Shown here: piece by piece, positions 57,685 to 64,000 of the stretch
Layout of the letters: every line of letters begins with the position of its first letter
Numbering within the stretch: the first letter of the stretch is position 1
Assembly: GCF_001194135.2 (NCBI RefSeq)
Contig: NC_068981.1
Coordinates: 101,479,440 to 101,543,439, forward strand
DNA length: 64,000 bases
Source of the DNA: Octopus bimaculoides
Lineage: Eukaryota
Reading direction: 5' to 3'
Position numbers and translations under genes: made by a program
Notes under the pieces: model-generated
The model's input: the letters and a program-made list of their open reading frames with translations, nothing else
Told to the model about the DNA's origin: nothing
Databases searched by the model: none

Positions 57685-60600
57685 TGTGCATTTTCTCTGT
57701 GTTTACTTAATGTAGTAAAGTGTTCCTCTGAAGAACTGTTGTAGATTTATGTCAAAATGCAGTATAAACTCTCATTACAAAGGATGCAAATAGTCACAGT
57801 GGCAAAACGTACATAGGGAACAAATTGTATAAACTGTACCCCCTGTTTATCACACTTTTTCCTATACATATATTCATACAAATATATATGCATTTGTATA
57901 TTGAATATTAATGCTTACAATAACAGTAACAACATCAAAAGGATAATGACAACTGCCATAATTACTTGTTTAATACTTTAATGATTTTCATAATCATTGT
58001 TCTCTTTCAGCACTGTGCCCATGTTTGTACAGATACAGCAGAAATGGCGTCGACTGTATTTAGGTACAAGCGTGCTGCCTAATGCAACCATCTCATTTGA
58101 TATGGCTCACTTGAAGAAATTACCAATGCAGTATAATCATTTAGCAGGCTTATTGGATGTGTTTAAATCTGAATTAGTAAGTTATTGCTTGTCTATGAGA
58201 ATTTTGATCACATTTATTAACTAGGATGCTTCTGACCACAGATCAGCTGAATGAGGGATGACTTGGAGCTAAATAGCTACAACAAAAACACTTCAGATTG
58301 TACACATAGCAAATAGTTATGATTATAGAATGCAAATATGTGACCCTTCAGCTATGGGAAGACATTATAATAATTTGCCAGGTGTTGTCCTCAGTAATTA
58401 CATAAGGCATTTAAAATTTCTTGTTACTAAATAATAACAAGGGGCTTAGTTTTTATAGTTTCAACATTCAAATCTCTTTGCGTCATATACCTTACAATAC
58501 TGCTCTGTACTTTTGTACTTTAATATCAGATTGGCTTTTATTTTCTTAACATTGTTTTATTTTAATCCAGGGTCATGCTATTAACCCATTACCTACAGTT
58601 GCTGTGTCAGTTCGTTTTACTTACATTCTTGAAGAATGGACACATTCTTTGTGGCCTCAGACTCCTCCAGGTTAGTAGATATAGTCTGTCTGTTTCTCCT
58701 CTTGCTCTTTCACCACATANNNNNNNNNNNNNNNNNNNNNNNNNNNNNNNNNNNNNNNNNNNNNNNNNNNNNNNNNNNNNNNNNNNNNNNNNNNNNNNNN
58801 NNNNNNNNNNNNNNNNNNNNNNNNNNNNNNNNNNNNNNNNNNNNNNNNNNNNNNNNNNNNNNNNNNNNNNNNNNNNNNNNNNNNNNNNNNNNNNNNNNNN
58901 NNNNNNNNNNNNNNNNNNNNNNNNNNNNNNNNNNNNNNNNNNNNNNNNNNNNNNNNNNNNNNNNNNNNNNNNNNNNNNNNNNNNNNNNNNNNNNNNNNNN
59001 NNNNNNNNNNNNNNNNNNNNNNNNNNNNNNNNNNNNNNNNNNNNNNNNNNNNNNNNNNNNNNNNNNNNNNNNNNNNNNNNNNNNNNNNNNNNNNNNNNNN
59101 NNNNNNNNNNNNNNNNNNNNNNNNNNNNNNNNNNNNNNNNNNNNNNNNNNNNNNNNNNNNNNNNNNNNNNNNNNNNNNNNNNNNNNNNNNNNNNNNNNNN
59201 NNNNNNNNNNNNNNNNNNNNNNNNNNNNNNNNNNNNNNNNNNNNNNNNNNNNNNNNNNNNNNNNNNNNNNNNNNNNNNNNNNNNNNNNNNNNNNNNNNNN
59301 NNNNNNNNNNNNNNNNNNNNNNNNNNNNNNNNNNNNNNNNNNCAATATGCTAGAAAGAGGTCACCAACGACCCAACCACAAAGAAAAATAATGTTCTCCA
59401 GAAAAATTTCTTTGTGGTTGGGTCGTTGGTGACCTCTTTCTAGCATATTGGATGTCCACCTAGTGGTCATCCCTTATACACGTATATATATATATATATA
59501 ATGTTATTGTCAGTAAATATAACATAAAGCTGTGATGTTTTTTTGGTGATAAGTCTTTTTTCTTTTAAAATATCTATTCCTATCTCACATTACAAGATTA
59601 TTTTATACTTTGGCTGTTTCCATCTCTGTTTCAATTAGATTTTTCCATCATGGGAGATGAAGATGTTGGATGTAAAGGTTTCGGGATGCTACCATTTGGT
59701 GCTTGTGAAGATCCAGTCAAGTATGTTATAGTCTTTTTTTTAACAGTTTGCAGACAATACTTGAATATGTTTGTTAATAACACTGTGTAACACTATTTGT
59801 TTATCCTTGGGTAGCAGCTGTTATTTCCTATTTGCTTACCCCTAGAAAGTATGGAAAATGGCTAATATTGCCTTCAAATTTCGTTTTTGTTACATTTATC
59901 CAAACCCCCATAGAATTCCTCTGTGGAATTTGAGCTCAGAACATGAAGATGGATGTAATGCAACTAAGCATTCCGCCTGGAGTACTAATGGTTCTGCCAG
60001 CTCGCTGCCTTCACGTAGATCAATAATAATAAGCAGTTGAACCATGACCGCACCATCTATTTTTTTATGCATAGTGTCTTTTATTTTAAAACCTGTAGGG
60101 TGTTCTTTAAGCGAGATTAGGCTTGTATTTCTGACAAATCAAGAGGACCCCTTCCTCTTAGGTCTGGGGATGTAGTTTGGAATCAGGGTGAGCTACCTTC
60201 TGCTTTTGTTTAAGCAATTAGTAAATATCTCTTGATTACCTTTAACGAAGTGTCAGCTTTTTTACCTATTCATACTTTAATTTTATTTTTCAGTGAGCTT
60301 CATCTTTCTTGTACTTGGCCATGTCTTTCAGAGAATATTATTGTTGAAAATCAAGTTTATACGTGAGTTGAAATATGCTTTTTAAATGTTTTTTTTTTAT
60401 GAGATTAATTTAATTTTTTTTTTTTTCTAAAATATAATTTGAATTGAGTTGTCAGTCATTCTGATGTATGACTATCAACCTTAATGTCACTGGTCTGTAT
60501 CTTCGCACTAATACTGTGCTGTGTCTCTTGAAAAAATGATCGTTTAAGTCTTTAAGATCACAACACAAATTCACTACAACACAATTTCTTTTCCTCAGTA

Positions 60601-62590
60601 GGTCCTACTCTATATTTAACATTGTCCCAAAACAAGTCAAAGTAGAAAAAGATCCCATCACCTTCAAATGAAACCCGGACAAATTTCTTTGAGGGATACC
60701 AGACAATCCACTTACACATGGATACATCTCTGCCAACAACAACTCCCTACTTGAATGGACCATGATACCACAAAACTTGACTTAAAAATGTCTTAGCAGA
60801 TCCTATCAGGTGGTGCTATTAAGTTAGACATGGCCTGGGCCAATCTTTGATTGAAACATATCTAAATTGTCTATAGATATTATATGTAGGTACAACATAT
60901 TGACATAAATAATGGAAGCACTGATAAGTAGAAAGTATTGTTCTCTCACACTGCTGAGATTATGTCTTTCTATAAGCAAGTCTGGGCTATTATAAAAACT
61001 TTACTTCAACCAGTTTTGCTGTCAATATAATGTCTTTTATATGAATGAATTAGGGTCTACAGATTATCAACAGTTTTTTGTGTGTCCATTACAAAATCTT
61101 TCATAACTCTTGGTGGTTTATTCAGTAATAGACTATGTACCGGAGGCGCAATGGCCCAGTGGTTAGGGCAGTGGACTCGCGGTCATAGGATCGCGGTTTC
61201 GATTCTCAGACCGGGCGTTGTGAGTGTTTATTGAGCGAAAAGTCCTAAAGCTCCACGAGGCTCCGGCAGGGGATAGTGGCGAACCCTGCTGTATTCTTTC
61301 ACCACAACTCACTCTAACTTCCTGTTTCTGTTGTGCCTGTAATTCAAAGGGCCAGCCTTGTCACACTGTGTCATGCTGAATATCCCCGAGAACTACGTTA
61401 AGGGTACACGTGTCTGTGGAGTGCTCAGCCACTTGCATGTTAATTTCATGAGCAGGCTGTTCCGTTGATCGGATCAACTGGAACCCTCGTTGTCGTAAGC
61501 GATGGAGTGTCAACAACAACAAAGACTATGTACTATGTTGTTGTTTAGCCTTAGGCTAATCCTAATAAAGCAGACCTATAATCAAAAGCATTCCTGCCAT
61601 GACCACCAAGGCATCCTTTTTGGTAGTACAGAATGTATTCTAGGCCCCATGCTATATATTGTGTGTTTTTAAATATTAAGTGGATTCTGTCAGAGATTTG
61701 GCTGTTTGTTAGTCAAGTGTTCATGTAGAGGCTCCATATAAGAGCAGAAGAGTTCACTGTACTAAGCTTCAAAATTACTTATGCTTATTAGCTTATAGTA
61801 CTGAGCTTGTTTTTTTTTTCATATATCTAACATGAGCGAAAGTTGGGTGATATGTTTTAGGTATATGTGTCATTTTATGTCTTCAGTTGTGTCGGGATTA
61901 ATAAATCCAGGCAGATATTTATAAAACACTCAGTTTTAAACAAATTTGGTTAACTATATCCAATAATCAGACACTATTAAATGTAAGTAAAATAATATCC
62001 AAGGTAATTCTTCATGTATGACAAGTAAATTCAAATATTGTATAGAAGAATTTAAAGAAATTCATAGTATAAGACAACAAGAATAAGAACAGAGAAAATC
62101 ACATCTTTAATTGGCAATTACATCATACATTATCAACAATTGTTTCTATTGTGCCATTCTTCGTGTTAATATACATATATCATCATCATCGTCGTTTAAC
62201 GTCCGCTTTCCATGCTAGCATGGGTTGGACGATTTGACTGAGGACTGGTGAACCAGATGGCTGCACCAGGCTCCAATCTGATTTGGCAGAGTTTCTACAG
62301 CTGGATGCCCTTCCTAACGCCAACCACTCAGAGAGTGTAGTGGGTGCATTTACATGCCACCGGTACGAAGGCCAGTCAGGCGGTACTGGCAACGGCCACG
62401 CTCAAAATGGTGTATTTTATGTGCCACCCGCACAAGAGCCAGTCCAGGGGCACTGGCAACGTTCTCGCTCGAAAGTCCTTACACATGCCGCGGGCACAAG
62501 TGCCAGAAAGGCAACGCTGGGCACAGGTGCCATCCTGCTTTCGCTTGCTCCAATAAGTCTTCGCAAGCTGAGTTTCGTGTCCAATGAAGG

Positions 62591-62621
<31 letters not shown>

Positions 62622-62795
62622 TAAATATAAATAAAGTGTATCTTTAACAAATAACATTGTATGCTATTCTTCAAACAGAAAATTTGTATATTTGTTATAT
62701 AATGCGATATATTTATTGTAGGGATCTTGACCCCCTCCAAGCCCCTCAATGGTCAGTTCGAATCACAATGACTGAGGACCCACAGTGTCTGCTAC
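47702..62795 (+). CDS. RAB3GAP1: Rab3 GTPase-activating protein catalytic subunit (3' partial: exons 47702-47716, 50639-50691, 51268-51343, 52598-52754, 54434-54512, 56426-56545, 58011-58176, 58571-58670, 59639-59720, 60294-60362, 62722-62795)
   Basis: MAADD/DADVFEITDFTTASDWERFIARLEEILHEW, DNDFPSRAHCLCRWYGLRSFIVLSP, LLSSVNIALGNTGC, LPFGACEDPVNELHLSCTWP and DLDPLQAPQWSVR match the human RAB3GAP1 N-terminal region. All 11 exons have AG/GT and compatible phases. Confidence 0.94.
49867..50091 (-). mobile_element. Full-length SINE family B in RAB3GAP1 intron 1
   Basis: 17-bp TSD aatcatacttgatttct at 49850-49866 and 50092-50108. Confidence 0.88.
50639..50691 (+). CDS. RAB3GAP1: RAB3GAP1 exon 2
   Basis: DADVFEITDFTTASDWER. 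Confidence 0.93.
51268..51343 (+). CDS. RAB3GAP1: RAB3GAP1 exon 3
   Basis: FIARLEEILHEWRLVNLPALPPVAK|gtaaac. Confidence 0.9.
52598..52754 (+). CDS. RAB3GAP1: RAB3GAP1 exon 4
   Basis: GEFTSETWEERTDELQFSDVKFDLTYHYLK...KNE|gtaact. Confidence 0.88.
54434..54512 (+). CDS. RAB3GAP1: RAB3GAP1 exon 5
   Basis: ATPTVFEDMMSMDNDFPSRAHCLCRW. Confidence 0.92.
55232..55457 (+). mobile_element. Near full-length SINE family B in RAB3GAP1 intron 5
   Basis: TSD agaaactttg at 55222-55231 and 55458-55467; reverse complement of the 49867 copy. Confidence 0.85.
56426..56545 (+). CDS. RAB3GAP1: RAB3GAP1 exon 6
   Basis: YGLRSFIVLSPKSTADIIDIESRAKLLLSSVNIALGNTG. Confidence 0.93.
58011..58176 (+). CDS. RAB3GAP1: RAB3GAP1 exon 7
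   Basis: TVPMFVQIQQKWRRLYLG...YNHLAGLLDVFKSEL|gtaagt. Confidence 0.93.
58571..58670 (+). CDS. RAB3GAP1: RAB3GAP1 exon 8
   Basis: GHAINPLPTVAVSVRFTYILEEWTHSLWPQTPP. Confidence 0.91.
58720..59342. other. Assembly gap (623 N) in RAB3GAP1 intron 8
   Basis: Run of N. Confidence 1.
59343..59450. repeat. Perfect 44-bp inverted repeat with 20-nt loop
   Basis: 59343-59386 is the exact reverse complement of 59407-59450. Confidence 0.9.
59639..59720 (+). CDS. RAB3GAP1: RAB3GAP1 exon 9
   Basis: FSIMGDEDVGCKGFGMLPFGACEDPV. Confidence 0.91.
60294..60362 (+). CDS. RAB3GAP1: RAB3GAP1 exon 10
   Basis: ELHLSCTWPCLSENIIVENQVY|gtgagt. Confidence 0.92.
61141..61522 (+). mobile_element. Full-length tRNA-derived SINE family A in RAB3GAP1 intron 10
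   Basis: A-box-like tggcccagtgg, B-box-like ggtttcgattc, (AAC)n tail; 11-bp TSD agactatgtac. Confidence 0.9.
62181..62590 (-). mobile_element. RTE-type 3' tail inserted at (TA)n
   Basis: (cat)n cgtttaacgtccgctttccatgctagc... reverse of the 772-1015 family; TA runs on both sides. Confidence 0.72.
62722..62795 (+). CDS. RAB3GAP1: RAB3GAP1 exon 11
   Basis: DLDPLQAPQWSVRITMTEDPQCLL|gtaagt. Confidence 0.92.
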
Positions 62796-63599
62796 GTAAG
62801 TTAAGTTTTTCTCCCTTTAGATTTATACATATTACTAATGTGTGATTGGTAAATGATTTGATAATGTAAGTTGGTGTTGTGTGTACCTAACTATTCATAT
62901 TTAGATATTATATGTGTATATAAAATACCTACATAACTAGATATATCAACACGTGCATAGTTATTGGTGCTTGTACCAATGTTGTATGTGTGTGCGTGTT
63001 TATATACACATCATCATCATCATCATCATCGTTCAATATCCACTTTTCCATGCTTGCATGGGTCAGATGGAATTTGCTGAGGCAGATTTTCTATAATCAC
63101 TTGTGTTGCCCTTCCTGTCACCAACCCTAACCTTCCAACTATCACATGATCACATGATGTGGGTATACATACATAGAAATACATACCCATACACACACAC
63201 ACACTCATATAAGTAATGTAACAACACATGTGTTGTTGGTGATTTCTTTTCCTTCTTTGGACTTTTCCCTTTCTCTTTCTGACAAAGAGCTATGCTCGAA
63301 ACATCAAACTCTCTTTTTTCACTGAGTGTCATGTTAATACATTCCTTGTGCACATTCTCTTGTTGTCCGTTAATTTTATTCATTTATTTGAATTGACTAT
63401 ATATATTGTATAAAGGATCGTGGGTAAGGCCGGAACAGGGCAAAGTAAATGCAAGGCAAGTCACAAGAAAACAAATATATGAATTAATGTAGACTTACCT
63501 TGTATTCAATATTTCAGGGTTATGACCCCGTTTTCAAGAAATTAACATATGTTGCCAATGTGCGTGTGTGTGAACATGTGTGGAGTGGACATGCGCAGA

Positions 63600-64000
63600 A
63601 AGGTGTTGCTATAGTAACCAGCTAGCTTCCTGTAACTCTCTTCTTTTGTAGATCTTAGGTTTCTTTTGGTGTGTGTGTGAGGTGGCCTCAGATTCTAAGG
63701 TTGCCCCTGTTCCGCTGTATTGCCTTGATGTGCACTGTGAATTCCTGGGTCTGGCATTTCCATAGATGTTTCTTCACGGAAGTGTCTGCCTGCATGTGTT
63801 CCTTTATAAGTTTATGCAGTTTTCTTGTTGTGCTTCCTATATAGGATGCGCCACATTTGCCACAGATGATCTCGTAGACACCATAAGTCCTCTGGCACAA
63901 TTCAGGGTCATTGATGGGGCAGTTCGATAATGTGCACACCTCAGAGTAGTGAGAGGTGTTGTTCTTGGACAGAACTTTTCTCAGGGAAGGGCTGGTGTGC
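63600..64000 (-). mobile_element. Penelope-like element GIY-YIG endonuclease remnant (continues beyond the window)
   Basis: PSLRKVLSKN...CTLSNCPINDPELCQRTYGVYEIICGKCGASYIGSTTRKLHKLIKEH; premature stop at 63688. Confidence 0.85.

Noticed and set aside
58575-59470. Long 211-287 aa ORFs
   Set aside because: Artefacts of translating the 623-N gap.
61141-61215. tRNA genes at SINE heads
   Set aside because: A/B boxes are present but they continue into SINE bodies with TSDs; no complete cloverleaf.

Overview
AT-rich, repeat-dense animal genomic DNA. The repeat families look like those of Octopus; this is recognition from memory, not a search. Three spliced protein-coding genes were reconstructed by hand from GT-AG boundaries with consistent phases. 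(1) An Atg8-family GABARAPL2/GATE-16-like gene on + (exons 2-4; exon 1 not found in the window) with an unusual 11-aa tail after the lipidation glycine. (2) GNPTG, the GlcNAc-1-phosphotransferase gamma subunit, on - (ATG at 42925, at least 8 coding exons, ambiguous 3' end). (3) RAB3GAP1 on + (ATG at 47702, 11 exons, running out of the window). All three act in autophagy or lysosome biology. GNPTG and RAB3GAP1 are divergent, and the 4.8-kb interval between them holds decayed elements: a pogo DDE transposase remnant, a Ty3/Gypsy RNaseH-integrase remnant and a CRE-clade non-LTR (RT plus RLE) remnant ending about 370 bp before the RAB3GAP1 ATG. Elsewhere are a degenerate Tx1-like L1, RTE 3' fragments, a Penelope-like GIY-YIG remnant, modular tRNA-derived SINEs, piggyBac/hAT/Tc1 MITEs, two long foldback elements, a flip-flop double hairpin, microsatellites and four N gaps, three of them 10-N gaps bordering duplicated sequence. 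No CRISPR, rRNA or bona fide tRNA gene is supportable, and no clearly novel multi-gene system is demonstrable from sequence alone.
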